Assembly (NCBI GenBank): GCA_965222115.1 | Contig: CBDCTJ010000003.1 | Coordinates: 352,001 to 416,000, forward strand | Origin: Planctomycetota bacterium | GTDB lineage: Bacteria > Planctomycetota > PLA2 > JAEUHO01 | Length of the DNA: 64,000 bases | Direction: 5' to 3' | Part shown: positions 9,544 through 19,666 of the stretch, piece by piece | Position numbering within the stretch: position 1 is the first letter of the stretch | Layout: the number at the start of each line of letters is the position of its first letter | Translations under genes and position numbers: made by a program | The notes under the pieces: generated by a model | What the model saw: the letters and a program-made list of their open reading frames with translations, nothing else | Databases searched by the model: none | What the model was told of the DNA's origin: nothing

Positions 9544-11463
9544 CTACTTCACTTCAAACTCGGCGTCGATCACATTGTCGTCGCCCGACTCTCCGCCACC
9601 GGTTGGCGCTCCTGTCGGTACGCCACCTGAAGCCGCCGCAGGATCTGCCGCGGCGGCTTGTTCGGCATACACCTTTTGAGCCACGGCCTGGGCCGACTTC
9701 ATGAGTTCTTCAATAGCCTCATTGATCTTGGCGGGATCATCGCTGTCCTTGAGCGCTTCAACCGCCTTCTTGGCCTCTTCGATCTTTGATTTCTCCGCCG
9801 CGTCTACTTTGTCGCCGTGTTCTTTCAGCAACTTCTCAATCTCGTACACAGCGCCATCGGCCTTGTTGCGGGCCTCGACAACTTCGAGGCGGCGCTTGTC
9901 TTCCTCGGCGTGGGATTCGGCCTCGGAGCGCATGCGCTCGACTTCTTCTTTGGAGATGCCGGAGCTGGACTCGATACGCACCTTTTGTTCTTTGCCGGTG
10001 CCCTTGTCTTTGGCCGACACATTCAGAATGCCATTGGCATCAATGTCGAACATGACCTCGATCTGGGGCATGCCGCGCGGTGCCGGGGGGATCCCGTCGA
10101 GGCGGAACTTGCCAAGCGTGCGGTTGTCGCCCGCCATGGGTCGTTCACCTTGCAGCACATGCACTTCCACACTCGGCTGATTGTCGGCCGCCGTGCTAAA
10201 GACTTCGCTCTTTTGCGTGGGAATGGTGGTGTTGCGCTCGATCAACGTGTGCATGGTGCCGCCCTGCACTTCCACACCGAGCGAAAGCGGTGTGACGTCG
10301 AGCAACAACAGGTCCTGTAGCGTCTCGTCGCCAGAGAGAATGCCACCCTGAATGGCAGCACCCACCGCCACGCTCTCATCGGGATTGATGGTCTTATTGC
10401 CTTCGCGGCCAAAGACGTCCTTCACGGTGGCCTGAATCAGCGGCACACGTGTGGAACCACCCACGAGCAAAATCTCGCTCAGCTCCGAGGTGGAACACTT
10501 GGCATCCTTGAGCGCCTGCAAGCAGGGCTTACGCACGCGGTCAACGACATCGCCAATCAACTGCTCAAACTTGGAACGCGTAATGGACATGGTGAGGTGC
10601 TTGGGCCCGGCCGCATCCGCCGTAATGAACGGCAAGTTGAGGTCGGTCTGCGATGAACTCGAGAGATCGATTTTTGCGCGCTCACACGCTTCACGCAAAC
10701 GGTGAAGCGCCATCGTGTCTTGACGCAAGTCGATGCCGTGATCCTTCTTGAACTCGTCGGCGACGTGATCGACCAGGATCTGATCCAAGTCGTCACCACC
10801 CAAATGGGTATCGCCGTTGGTCGCGAGCACCTGGAACACACCGTCGGAAAGTTCCAGGATGGAGATATCGAATGTGCCGCCACCAAAGTCAAACACGGCG
10901 ATCTTGCCCGACTTGGTCTTGTCCAGACCGAAGCTCAACGCCGCTGCCGTGGGCTCATTGATAATGCGCAGCACATTGAGACCGGCAATCACGCCAGCGT
11001 CCTTTGTTGCTTGACGTTGACTGTCGTTGAAATACGCCGGCACCGTGATCACTGCGTCGTTCACGGTCTGACCCAGGTGGTCTTCTGCGGCCTTCTTCAA
11101 GTGCTGCAAAATGATGGCGCTGATCTCGGGCGGCGTAAACGTCTTGCCGCGCACTTCGACCTTCACGAACTCTTCTGGACCACCCACGATCTTGTAGGGC
11201 ACGAGCTTTTCTTCGGCACCCACTTCATTGTGGCGGCGGCCCATGAAGCGCTTCACGCTGTACACGGTGTTCTCGGGATTGGTCACGGCCTGGCGGCGCG
11301 CGGCCTGGCCCACCAGACGTTCGCCGCCTTCGGTAAACGCCACCACGCTGGGCGTGACGCGATGGCCGTCGGCGTTGACAATGACACGCGGCTCGCCACC
11401 TTCCATCACCGCAACGACGCTGTTCGTGGTACCGAGGTCAATTCCAATAATGCGTTGGCCCAT
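9544..11463 (-). CDS. dnaK: Molecular chaperone DnaK (Hsp70)
   Basis: [50 protein letters not shown]-terminal VIDAEFE. Confidence 0.99.
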   Translation of the reverse strand: MGQRIIGIDLGTTNSVVAVMEGGEPRVIVNADGHRVTPSVVAFTEGGERLVGQAARRQAVTNPENTVYSVKRFMGRRHNEVGAEEKLVPYKIVGGPEEFVKVEVRGKTFTPPEISAIILQHLKKAAEDHLGQTVNDAVITVPAYFNDSQRQATKDAGVIAGLNVLRIINEPTAAALSFGLDKTKSGKIAVFDFGGGTFDISILELSDGVFQVLATNGDTHLGGDDLDQILVDHVADEFKKDHGIDLRQDTMALHRLREACERAKIDLSSSSQTDLNLPFITADAAGPKHLTMSITRSKFEQLIGDVVDRVRKPCLQALKDAKCSTSELSEILLVGGSTRVPLIQATVKDVFGREGNKTINPDESVAVGAAIQGGILSGDETLQDLLLLDVTPLSLGVEVQGGTMHTLIERNTTIPTQKSEVFSTAADNQPSVEVHVLQGERPMAGDNRTLGKFRLDGIPPAPRGMPQIEVMFDIDANGILNVSAKDKGTGKEQKVRIESSSGISKEEVERMRSEAESHAEEDKRRLEVVEARNKADGAVYEIEKLLKEHGDKVDAAEKSKIEEAKKAVEALKDSDDPAKINEAIEELMKSAQAVAQKVYAEQAAAADPAAASGGVPTGAPTGGGESGDDNVIDAEFEVK

Positions 11464-11601
11464 AGTGAGGACACTCCAAACGGTTTGCCCTCGCGTCCAA
11501 CGGATCGCCCGGGCGACAAAATCTTGTTTTCCGCAAACCCGTGCCTCGATGCGCGCGAGCCGGAGCGTGCCAAATGGGCAGGGGCTATGCCCTACGCGTG
11601 C

Positions 11602-13026
11602 CTAATCGGCGCGGCTCGATCGCTTCGATCGCCTCGAAAGCCCAAATTCTTGGATCTTTCGGTATAGCGTTCGGGTGCTTATGCCAAGCATCTGCGAAGC
11701 GCGTTCCCGATTGCCACCGACGTCTCGCAAGGTGTTGGTGACCAGGGCCCGTTCGACGTCCTCAAGAGCGATACCGGACAGCGTCTTGAGGATGTCGGGC
11801 GTTTCGCCACCCGCCGGCCGGACGTAGGGCGGCACCGCATCGGGAGCGATTACCGAACCTCGTGACAGCAAAACCATCGACTCTACGGCGTTCTTGAGTT
11901 CGCGAACGTTGCCGGGCCAACGATAGCTCATGAGGATTTCCAACGCCTCGGGTGCAAATGACCGTGCCGGTCGTCCGTGGCGCTTCGCCGCTTCACGCAG
12001 AAAGTGATCGGCGAGGTGAGGAAGATCGGCCAACCGCTCTCGTAACGGGGGAAGCTGAATTTGAACAACACGAAGTCGGAAACAGAGGTCTTCGCGAAAC
12101 GTGCCTTCCGCCACCATCGTCTCGAGATCGCGATGGGTGGCCGCGATTACGCGAACGTCAACTTGCGTGGGCACGTTTGCACCCACGCGCGTGACCTCGC
12201 CGGATTCGAGTGCACGCAGGAGGTGGGCCTGCGTAGCCAACGGCATATCGCCAATCTCATCGAGAAAAAGCGTGCCCTTATGCGCTGCTTCGAAACGACC
12301 TTTGCGTTCTCCCGTTGCACCGGTAAACGCGCCTCGTTCGTGGCCGAACAACTCACTCTCGAGCACACCTTGCGCAAGCGACGCACAATTCAAGGGAACA
12401 AAGGGAGCCGTACGCCGCGGTCCCGCACGATGAAGCGCCTGCGCAACCAGTTCCTTGCCGGTTCCGCTCTCACCTTGAATCAAGACGGTCGCATCGGTGT
12501 CCATGATCTGATTCATGACATCGAACACCTGTTGCATAGATCGCGTCTGACCAAGAATCCCTGGGAACGAGAATGCCTTGTTGATGGTGGCCTGCAGCGC
12601 GCGGTTCTCAACAACCAGTGCGATGCGCTTTGCAGCCTGTCGAACCGTCTCTCGCAAGATGCCTACATCAAGCGGCTTTTGTAGATAGTGAAGTGCCCCT
12701 TCACGCATGGCGGCAACTGCACCGTCTACTGTGCCATAGCCCGTGACAACCAACGCTTGCGGCGTTCCGTGGTCACCGCGCAACTCCGTACATCGGGAGA
12801 CGATGTCGAGGCCGTCCATGTCTTGAAGACGCAAGTCGGTAACAACGAGGTCGGGTCGAAGCGACTCGAGCTTCTCTAGGCCTGCGCTACCCGATGAGGC
12901 GATCGTGAGCTGATGCCCTTCGGCCTCCAGCACGTCCCGTATAACTTCAGCGTGATGCGTGTCGTCCTCAACAATCAGGATCGACAGGCCACTCCTGGGC
13001 TCAGAGATCGGCGACTCAGTAGGCAT
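11602..13026 (-). CDS. Sigma-54-dependent response regulator (NtrC/AtoC/ZraR family)
   Basis: REC domain (LIVEDD, VTDLRL); Walker A GESGTGKE; GAFTGA; LFLDEIG; WPGNVREL; Fis-type HTH. Confidence 0.96.
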   Translation of the reverse strand: MPTESPISEPRSGLSILIVEDDTHHAEVIRDVLEAEGHQLTIASSGSAGLEKLESLRPDLVVTDLRLQDMDGLDIVSRCTELRGDHGTPQALVVTGYGTVDGAVAAMREGALHYLQKPLDVGILRETVRQAAKRIALVVENRALQATINKAFSFPGILGQTRSMQQVFDVMNQIMDTDATVLIQGESGTGKELVAQALHRAGPRRTAPFVPLNCASLAQGVLESELFGHERGAFTGATGERKGRFEAAHKGTLFLDEIGDMPLATQAHLLRALESGEVTRVGANVPTQVDVRVIAATHRDLETMVAEGTFREDLCFRLRVVQIQLPPLRERLADLPHLADHFLREAAKRHGRPARSFAPEALEILMSYRWPGNVRELKNAVESMVLLSRGSVIAPDAVPPYVRPAGGETPDILKTLSGIALEDVERALVTNTLRDVGGNRERASQMLGISTRTLYRKIQEFGLSRRSKRSSRAD

Positions 13027-13038
13027 AGAACTGCCATT

Positions 13039-13081
13039 ATGTCACTTCTTGTGACATTTCTTGTCGCAATTTCTGTGGCAA
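13039..13081. promoter_or_regulatory. Two tandem palindromes, candidate bEBP binding sites
   Basis: ATGTCAC-ttctt-GTGACAT (perfect, 13039-13057) and TTGTCGCA-atttc-TGTGGCAA (13061-13081), immediately upstream of the regulator start. Confidence 0.5.
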
Positions 13082-13128
13082 ACGCCGTCGTTTCGGAGCT
13101 TCCGAATATCCGATACGGCGATCGGAGT

Positions 13129-15315
13129 CTACTTAGGTGCCTTCACGGCCGGCGCGCCCGCCGCCGCCTTTGCCCTGGCCTGATCTTCGTTGGCGGGTTC
13201 GACTGGCGTGAGAATTACCTGACAAATCTTGCAAAGCATGGCCGTGCTGTACACGCGCCCCCCATCGGCGCCCCACGGATCTACGGGATCCCACGATCCC
13301 TTGCTTCCGCAGTACTCGCCATCCGTAATCACCGATTTGAGAATCGCATCCGACATGGCTCTGCGCCAGTCGTGCCAGTCTTCTCCGCCTGCTTCATGCG
13401 CCGCTGCGGTTCCGTAGAACCAATAGTACATGTCGACATTGCCATTCTTTGTGTCCCACTGCGGACGAAGATAGTGCAGGAGCTTGAGGCCCTTTGCAAT
13501 GGGCTTATCGGTGCTCTTTCGTCCCATGCGAAGCTGCACATAGACGGCAGCCGCCGTCATGGCCTCTGACTTTTCGCCGGGGAACTTGTCGAGCATCTCA
13601 GCGGGTCGGGCCGGAGGCGTGCCGCGTGAGATATAGCCAACGCGCCCGGTGTCGGCGTCGGTCACTTTCTGGAGCCACGCGCGCACGCCGTCGGCTGCCG
13701 ATCCATCGATCGTGAGCGGAGCCTTCTTCTTACGTGCAACCGCGCGACGATTGATGCGCTGCGCGGCATCGAGCACCACGTAATTCGCACAGGTCATGCT
13801 TGTGTCGTTCTCACCGGTCTTGATGCCATAGCGCCAGCCAAAGTATGGGTTGCGCGCTAGAGCAATGAAGTCCAAAGCGCGCTGCGCACTCGACTTAAAA
13901 AGGGGCGATCCCGTGAGGCCGTACGCCTCGACCATGGCCAGCGCAGACATGGCATGGTTATAGACATATTGCTGCGTGGTGCGCTTGCCGAAACACCCTT
14001 CTTTGTCCTGCACACGCTTAAGGAATCGAAGTCCCTTTGTAACCGTCTTGACGAACGGATGCTTTCCACGGTTCGTATAACCGGCACCAAGAAATGCCTG
14101 GAGGGCAAGGCCGGTGACCCCCACGTCGTAGAGGGATTTGCCTATGCCCGGCTTCTGCAATTGCCTGGCTTTGGGCAGCACGTTACCGTCACAGACCGTG
14201 TGAAACGTGGCGGCTGACCAGTGACCCTCGGGCGATTGATGGGCCGCCAACCAGCGCAACGCGTCATTGTAGACAGCGCTAATGCGCGTATCGATCTTCG
14301 CATTCAGCCGGTGATTCTGAGGTCGCACATCGTCATCGGGCCCCTCCTCCCGTTCTTCCTTCAGCGGACGCTCCCGTAGCGGGGCCTTGGCCTTCGGGGG
14401 AATGTTCACGAGCCCCTTGCGCAGAACAATCGCGCCGGGCAGACGTCGCGTTGCGCCGCGCCATGAATCGCTTTCGCCTGTGTACGTCCACGTTCCGTTA
14501 CGAAGCACAAGGCCAATACCCGTTTCTGGAAACGTGAGGCGGTGAAGCGTCCATGCGCCGTTTGCAAATCGTCCATGAAACGCCACGCGTCCATCACACA
14601 CACCTGCATGTTCGAAACTTGCGCGACCCTCGACTTGAGTCCCTTGTTGCTGAATCACAATAAGTCGCAGTGCGCCCGCTGTGAGCAGTGATACGGCATT
14701 ACTGCCATCAGATGCGTCGGGCGTCTTTTCGAGGAGATGCTTAATCAACTCGGTGCGCGGTTGCTTCACATGGAATCGCAAATCGGCTTCGCGCTCAATG
14801 CCTTTGGGGGCAATATCGTGCCACATGGCAGCCAACAACGTGAGGCTGGCATTTTGGGCAGGCGGGCGCTTGTATCCCAACGTGAGTGCTGCTTGCGCCG
14901 CCCGACCGTCTACTTCCGCGGCCCGGGCCAAGAGATTGCGCGCCATGGCATCCGTAAACGCGGACACCTCTGTGGCCTCGGCGCCCGCCTTTGCCTCCAC
15001 CCTGGCGTCTTGTGGATTGGCACCGTCGCTTCGTTCGTCCGCGGAGACCGTGGTCGTCGAACATAGCGCTGCCCATGCAAGGAACGCGAGTATCGAAAGG
15101 ATGCGACGATGCCCATGCCCATCAGTGACGGTAGCTGAGACGGTAGCTGAGACTGCAGCCCCCCACTCGCTCCCTTCATGAGGCATTGAAAGACTTCTCG
15201 GAAGACTCCTCGAAAGACTCTTCCTACTCGACACGGAGTGGCTTCCTTCTTGACGTTGCATCCCTGGGCGCATGTCCGGCTCCTTCTTGATGATGTTGCC
15301 TGAAGATGTGGACAC
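13129..15315 (-). CDS. Prenyltransferase/squalene-oxidase-repeat protein with N-terminal extension (start uncertain, possibly 15186)
   Basis: ALRWLAAHQSPEGHW, GVTGLALQAFLGAG, VQDKEGCF, YNHAMSALAMVEAY, DMYYWFYGT, GSWDPVDPWGADGGRVYSTA. Confidence 0.8.
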   Translation of the reverse strand: MSTSSGNIIKKEPDMRPGMQRQEGSHSVSSRKSLSRSLPRSLSMPHEGSEWGAAVSATVSATVTDGHGHRRILSILAFLAWAALCSTTTVSADERSDGANPQDARVEAKAGAEATEVSAFTDAMARNLLARAAEVDGRAAQAALTLGYKRPPAQNASLTLLAAMWHDIAPKGIEREADLRFHVKQPRTELIKHLLEKTPDASDGSNAVSLLTAGALRLIVIQQQGTQVEGRASFEHAGVCDGRVAFHGRFANGAWTLHRLTFPETGIGLVLRNGTWTYTGESDSWRGATRRLPGAIVLRKGLVNIPPKAKAPLRERPLKEEREEGPDDDVRPQNHRLNAKIDTRISAVYNDALRWLAAHQSPEGHWSAATFHTVCDGNVLPKARQLQKPGIGKSLYDVGVTGLALQAFLGAGYTNRGKHPFVKTVTKGLRFLKRVQDKEGCFGKRTTQQYVYNHAMSALAMVEAYGLTGSPLFKSSAQRALDFIALARNPYFGWRYGIKTGENDTSMTCANYVVLDAAQRINRRAVARKKKAPLTIDGSAADGVRAWLQKVTDADTGRVGYISRGTPPARPAEMLDKFPGEKSEAMTAAAVYVQLRMGRKSTDKPIAKGLKLLHYLRPQWDTKNGNVDMYYWFYGTAAAHEAGGEDWHDWRRAMSDAILKSVITDGEYCGSKGSWDPVDPWGADGGRVYSTAMLCKICQVILTPVEPANEDQARAKAAAGAPAVKAPK

Positions 15316-15463
15316 GTGGACGTATCTTGACGTGTCTCAAGCTGGCGTCATTCCCGCGATCCCTGCGTTAGACGCAAACAGTCCGCCCCCCTTCCCCTAC
15401 AACGTAGCAAATCGACGACGGTTCATTTGCATGCGGGCGATTTTTGCTGGCTACGTCTCGGCG

Positions 15464-16492
15464 TTATGTGCGAACCGCGCGAAAGCCCAGCAACTCGACA
15501 TCAGGGAAGAGGTAATCGTCGCGCTTCGGTTCGCGCTGACACAAGTCGGTGCTCAGATATTTCTTATTGCTGTCGGGAAAGAGCGTCACCACGGTGGCCT
15601 TCGATCCCATTTCGAGCGCCAACTGAAATGCGCCCAGTAGATTCGCCCCCGACGAAATGCCCACCGCAAGGCCAAGTTCTTTGCTGAGTGCCTGCGCCAT
15701 GAGAATGGCGTCTCCGTCCCACACATCGACGATGGCATCGAGTGCATCGAGTTCAACGATCTGAGGAATGAACTCATCGGAAATGCCTTGGATGCGATGA
15801 GAACCTACACAGGTGCCCGTGCGAAGCGTAGGCGAGTTGGATGGCTCCAACGGATGCACGCGACACGACATATGCTTGTCGCGAAGGTAGCGTCCTACAC
15901 CCATCACCGTGCCACCCGTGCCTACGCCGGCAACGAATGCATCGGGTGTAACGCCAAAGAGCGCCAACTGTGTGTCGATCTCGGGTCCGGTAGATCGCTC
16001 GTGCGCATCCACATTGAGTGGATTCTGAAACTGTCGAGGAAGAAAGACGTGTTCATGTTTCGCCGCATACTGCTCGGCCGACTTGATGCTTCCGACAAAG
16101 CCACCCTCAACCCGCGACACGGGAACAACGTCCGCGCCCAAACTTGCAATGAGCTGCACGCGCTCTTGGCTCATCCAATCCGGCATGTAAATGCGCACCG
16201 AGTGTCCGAGCGCGCGCCCGATGGCCGCAAACGAGATCCCCGTGTTTCCACTGGACGCTTCCACAATGCGATCGCCTGGCTTGAGATCTCCCGCTTCCCG
16301 CGCCGCCTCAAGAATGCGTAGTGCCATGCGATCCTTGACACTGCCCGTCATATTCTCTTGTTCGTATTTGGCATACACATAAACGTCGCGACCTCGAACT
16401 CGCGCAGCGATTTGAAGTAGAGGCGTATTACCAATCAACGCAGATACGTCTTGAACACGTCGCGCGCGAAACGATGAGTCGGTGGATGTCAC
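15464..16492 (-). CDS. PLP-dependent cysteine synthase family protein (CysK/CysM-like)
   Basis: IGNTPL, ENMTGSVKDRMA (PLP Lys), EASSGNTG, GVGTGGT, HRIQGI, GISSGAN. Confidence 0.92.
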   Translation of the reverse strand: MTSTDSSFRARRVQDVSALIGNTPLLQIAARVRGRDVYVYAKYEQENMTGSVKDRMALRILEAAREAGDLKPGDRIVEASSGNTGISFAAIGRALGHSVRIYMPDWMSQERVQLIASLGADVVPVSRVEGGFVGSIKSAEQYAAKHEHVFLPRQFQNPLNVDAHERSTGPEIDTQLALFGVTPDAFVAGVGTGGTVMGVGRYLRDKHMSCRVHPLEPSNSPTLRTGTCVGSHRIQGISDEFIPQIVELDALDAIVDVWDGDAILMAQALSKELGLAVGISSGANLLGAFQLALEMGSKATVVTLFPDSNKKYLSTDLCQREPKRDDYLFPDVELLGFRAVRT

Positions 16493-16594
16493 AGACGCGA
16501 GTCTAGGCGGGAGTGGAACAATCCGCGGCGACGGCCTGAGACGTACCGAGCGAAGAGTAATTTAGAACAAGTGTTCAGTCGCAGACCAAACCAC

Positions 16595-16963
16595 TTATGG
16601 AAGATCTAGTTGGATCCGTCGAGACTCTTCTCGTTCAGCAAGCGCACCACACACGAGTTGGCATAGGTCGTAGAGCGTGGGGTCGGTAATGGCCAGATGC
16701 ACAGTGCGCCCCTCGCGGCGACGGCTGATGCACCCCGCGCGCACAAGCTCCGTCACGTGACGCGACAGGTTCGACTGCGTTAGACCGGTGGCAGCGGCAA
16801 CTTCAGCCATCGATCGGGGACCGCTCATGAGGTGATTCACGATTCGAATCCGGCTTACGCTCCCCAGTACACGGAATCGCTCGGCAATCTCGGCCATCAG
16901 GCCCTCGCTCAACTGCTTGGCGTTGGTCTCGGACGAATCGGCTGCTTGTTTGGGTTGGCTCAT
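16595..16963 (-). CDS. ArsR/SmtB family transcriptional repressor
   Basis: AERFRVLG-SRIRI, TQSNLSRH, RRREGRTV; Cys residues in GCISR and LCQLVC. Confidence 0.9.
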   Translation of the reverse strand: MSQPKQAADSSETNAKQLSEGLMAEIAERFRVLGSVSRIRIVNHLMSGPRSMAEVAAATGLTQSNLSRHVTELVRAGCISRRREGRTVHLAITDPTLYDLCQLVCGALAEREESRRIQLDLP

Positions 16964-16965
16964 TT

Positions 16966-16999
16966 CTTGAATATATGATCAATTGCTCATATTTTCAAG
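16966..16999. promoter_or_regulatory. Inverted repeat operator (13-8-13), likely ArsR site
   Basis: CTTGAATATATGA-tcaattgc-TCATATTTTCAAG, one mismatch, inside the 55-bp divergent intergenic region. Confidence 0.75.
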
Positions 17000-17018
17000 T
17001 CGAAACCAAGGAGACCCC

Positions 17019-18353
17019 ATGAACACCAGCGCCACGATGCCCCCTAAGACGCTCAAAGAGCTTGAGATTGTCCCCCTGCTGCACCCCCAAGGCTGTCGCA
17101 CCTACTTGATGGCCGACCCCACGACCAAAGAGGCGCTTGCACTCGACGTACACCTCGACCTGGTTCAACAAGTGGCCGAGACGTTGCAAGCGCGGAACTG
17201 GTCGCTCAAGTACATCGTGGACTCCCATACGCATGCGGATCACCCCTCAGGTGCAGCGCCACTGGCAAAGCAAACCTCCGCAACCCGCGTCGCCCATGAG
17301 CGCGCCGGCCATGAGGGTGTCACCCTTCATCCGGCAGATGGCGAAACGCTGTTGCTCGGCGACCGTTCCGTGCGGGTTCGCCACGCGCCGGGCCATACAC
17401 CGGATCACATTGTGTTACTGAGCGACAGGGCGCTCTTCTCTGGCGACACGCTTCTAATTGGCGGCGTTGCACGCACCGATTTCCTTGGCGGCAACGCAGG
17501 GCAGCTCTTTGATTCCATCCATCGCGTCATCGACACGCTTGCCGACGACGTCGTGCTCTACCCCGGTCATGACTACAAAGGACAGGTCAGTTCCACGTTG
17601 GGTGACGAACGGGCGCACAACGCATGGCTTGCGATCAAAGACCGAAGCGCGTTTGTGCAAGCGCTCACTGCCAACCCACCCCCACGACCCGCCAATATGG
17701 ATGCGCTGCTACGCCTCAACAAGCGCGGCATTCACATCGCGAGTTTATTGTCTGCTGATGACGCCGTGAAACGTGTCGCCAAGGGAGGCGCACACTCGGT
17801 CATCGACGTACGGACCGGCGCGGAAGTCACAAGCGAACGCGTGCCGGGCGCCGTTCACATTCCCTTGGATCAAATTCGTGCGCGCGCCGATGAAGTGCGC
17901 GCCATTCCTGCGCCGAGACTTCTGCTCTGCAGATCGGGTCAGCGCGCCGTGACGGCTAAGCGCACGCTGGAATCACTTGGCGTTGGTGGACTCATGGTGA
18001 TGGACGGTGGCATCGAGTCCTACCGCAACGCGGGTGGCGAGACAGTCACCGGCAAGCGTTCCATGTCGCTGGAACGTCAGGTGCGCATTGTGGCGGGCGC
18101 GCTGGTGTTGATCGGACTCGCACTAGGCACATTTGTAAGTCCATGGGGCTATGCCCTCGCAGCGTTTGTTGGCGCGGGACAGGTATTCGCGGGTATCACC
18201 GATACCTGCGGCATGGGAATGCTCTTGGCACGCATGCCCTGGAATCGTGGCGATGACCCTTCGGGCGAATCCTGCGCCGTTAGCGGTGGCGGTTGTGCAG
18301 CCGAGCCCCCACCCTCTACGGCAGGTTGTGCCGCGTCCGAACCTCCTATGTAA
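17019..18353 (+). CDS. Persulfide dioxygenase-like MBL hydrolase + rhodanese + DUF2892 (YgaP) fusion
   Basis: RBS AAGGAG; SHTHADH, PGHT, FSGDTL, YPGHDY; rhodanese IDVRT and CRSGQRA; DUF2892 SLERQVRIVAG...TDTCGMGMLLARMPWN. Confidence 0.9.
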   Translation: MNTSATMPPKTLKELEIVPLLHPQGCRTYLMADPTTKEALALDVHLDLVQQVAETLQARNWSLKYIVDSHTHADHPSGAAPLAKQTSATRVAHERAGHEGVTLHPADGETLLLGDRSVRVRHAPGHTPDHIVLLSDRALFSGDTLLIGGVARTDFLGGNAGQLFDSIHRVIDTLADDVVLYPGHDYKGQVSSTLGDERAHNAWLAIKDRSAFVQALTANPPPRPANMDALLRLNKRGIHIASLLSADDAVKRVAKGGAHSVIDVRTGAEVTSERVPGAVHIPLDQIRARADEVRAIPAPRLLLCRSGQRAVTAKRTLESLGVGGLMVMDGGIESYRNAGGETVTGKRSMSLERQVRIVAGALVLIGLALGTFVSPWGYALAAFVGAGQVFAGITDTCGMGMLLARMPWNRGDDPSGESCAVSGGGCAAEPPPSTAGCAASEPPM

Positions 18354-18421
18354 GTGCGTCCACCTTGCGTGTTGAGCAACAACGTGATCTAGTAGGGATC
18401 TTCTCATCGAGAGATCACGGC

Positions 18422-19666
18422 ATGAGGCCCCTCCATTTCCGCTACGTACTCATCGCATGCTTACTGGTCTTTCTGTTTGCAGCGAACGGGCTGGCCAAGG
18501 AGCCACCGACCGAGCCCAAAGCAAAGGGACCTGATGCAAAGGCAAACGATGATGCGGATGAACGCGCGAACGAACACGAGAAGGCGCATGCCCGCTTCAT
18601 TAAGCGCGTCAATGAAGCGATTGATCGTGGCGCGGCGTTCCTCAAAAAGACGCAGGGCAAAGACGGAACGTGGTCGGGCATACAATTTGGTGCCAACAAG
18701 AAGACGTGGACGCAAGGGGAACATGCGCTGGCACTGCTAACCATGCTGAAGTGCGGGGTTTCGCGTAACGATCCCGCAGTACGAAAGGGCATGAAGGTAC
18801 TTTCGAATACACCGACCACGTCACACCACACCTATGAACACGCCGTGCGAGCGATGCTCTACGACGCACTGGGTACAAAGCGACATACCCGTGAAGCGCG
18901 CGCCTGGTTTGAGACAACGCAGCGAGAACAAGCGTGGCGATATGGTCGCGCCACGCCTCACAAGACCCCCGAGGACATGTCCTGTACGCAGTACGCACTG
19001 CTGGCGATCTGGACATTGGCTCAAAACGGAAAGCGCATGAAGCCCGAGCGACTTCGCCGCGCATTGACCTACCTCTTGAACACGCAAGAGACGGATGGCC
19101 CGGAAGTGCCGGTGTACGTAGAGAATCCCACATGGAAACCGGGCGGGCGCTATGAGCGGTTCTTCAAGTCGGGAAAGATCAAAGCGCGAGGGTGGGGCTA
19201 CACAGCGCCCAAGTCTACGACCGGTGCCATGACCGTTGCGGGCATCGCCTCGCTTGCAATCGTCAAGGACTTGCTGGCCGCAGAGAAAGGCAAGCACACA
19301 CTGACTGCGACGGAGCGTCGCCAAATCGACAAGGCCCTACGCTCCGGAATCGCATGGTTGAGTCACAATTTCTCGGTATCCACAAATCCCCGAGCCGGCG
19401 CTTCGTGGCACTACTACTACCTCTATGGCCTGGAACGCGTGGGCACCTTGCTCGGACTCAAAACCATCGGTAAGTACGACTGGTACCGACGCGGTGCCGA
19501 ATACCTACTTGGCAAACAGGGCAAGTCCGGTTCGTGGCCTGCCAACGGCCAAAATCACGGCTACCAATCGCGACTCGTGAACACCTGCTTTGCGCTGCTC
19601 TTCCTCAAGCGCGCAACGGTGCCACCACGCAAGCCATTGGCGCCACCGGCAACTACGGGTGGCTAA
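18422..19666 (+). CDS. Secreted prenyltransferase/squalene-oxidase-repeat protein
   Basis: Signal peptide from ATG 18422; TQGKDGTW, DMSCTQYALL, HYYYLYGLERVG, DWYRRGAEYLL, KQGKSGSW, TCFALLFL. Confidence 0.8.
   Translation: MRPLHFRYVLIACLLVFLFAANGLAKEPPTEPKAKGPDAKANDDADERANEHEKAHARFIKRVNEAIDRGAAFLKKTQGKDGTWSGIQFGANKKTWTQGEHALALLTMLKCGVSRNDPAVRKGMKVLSNTPTTSHHTYEHAVRAMLYDALGTKRHTREARAWFETTQREQAWRYGRATPHKTPEDMSCTQYALLAIWTLAQNGKRMKPERLRRALTYLLNTQETDGPEVPVYVENPTWKPGGRYERFFKSGKIKARGWGYTAPKSTTGAMTVAGIASLAIVKDLLAAEKGKHTLTATERRQIDKALRSGIAWLSHNFSVSTNPRAGASWHYYYLYGLERVGTLLGLKTIGKYDWYRRGAEYLLGKQGKSGSWPANGQNHGYQSRLVNTCFALLFLKRATVPPRKPLAPPATTGG

Noticed and set aside
11531-11575. Sigma-54 promoter upstream of dnaK (AGGCACGGGTTTGC; TGGCACGCTCCGGC)
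   Set aside because: GG-to-GC spacing is 9 nt rather than the required 10 in both candidates.
15128-15225. Short 12-bp duplications (VSATVSAT; RSL repeats) in the 5' part of the 13129-15315 ORF
   Set aside because: Only 2-3 degenerate copies; mainly indicates a low-complexity or uncertain N-terminus.
7173-19666. Hopanoid/terpene biosynthesis cluster
   Set aside because: No DxDD motif or squalene synthase genes; the barrel proteins carry export signals.
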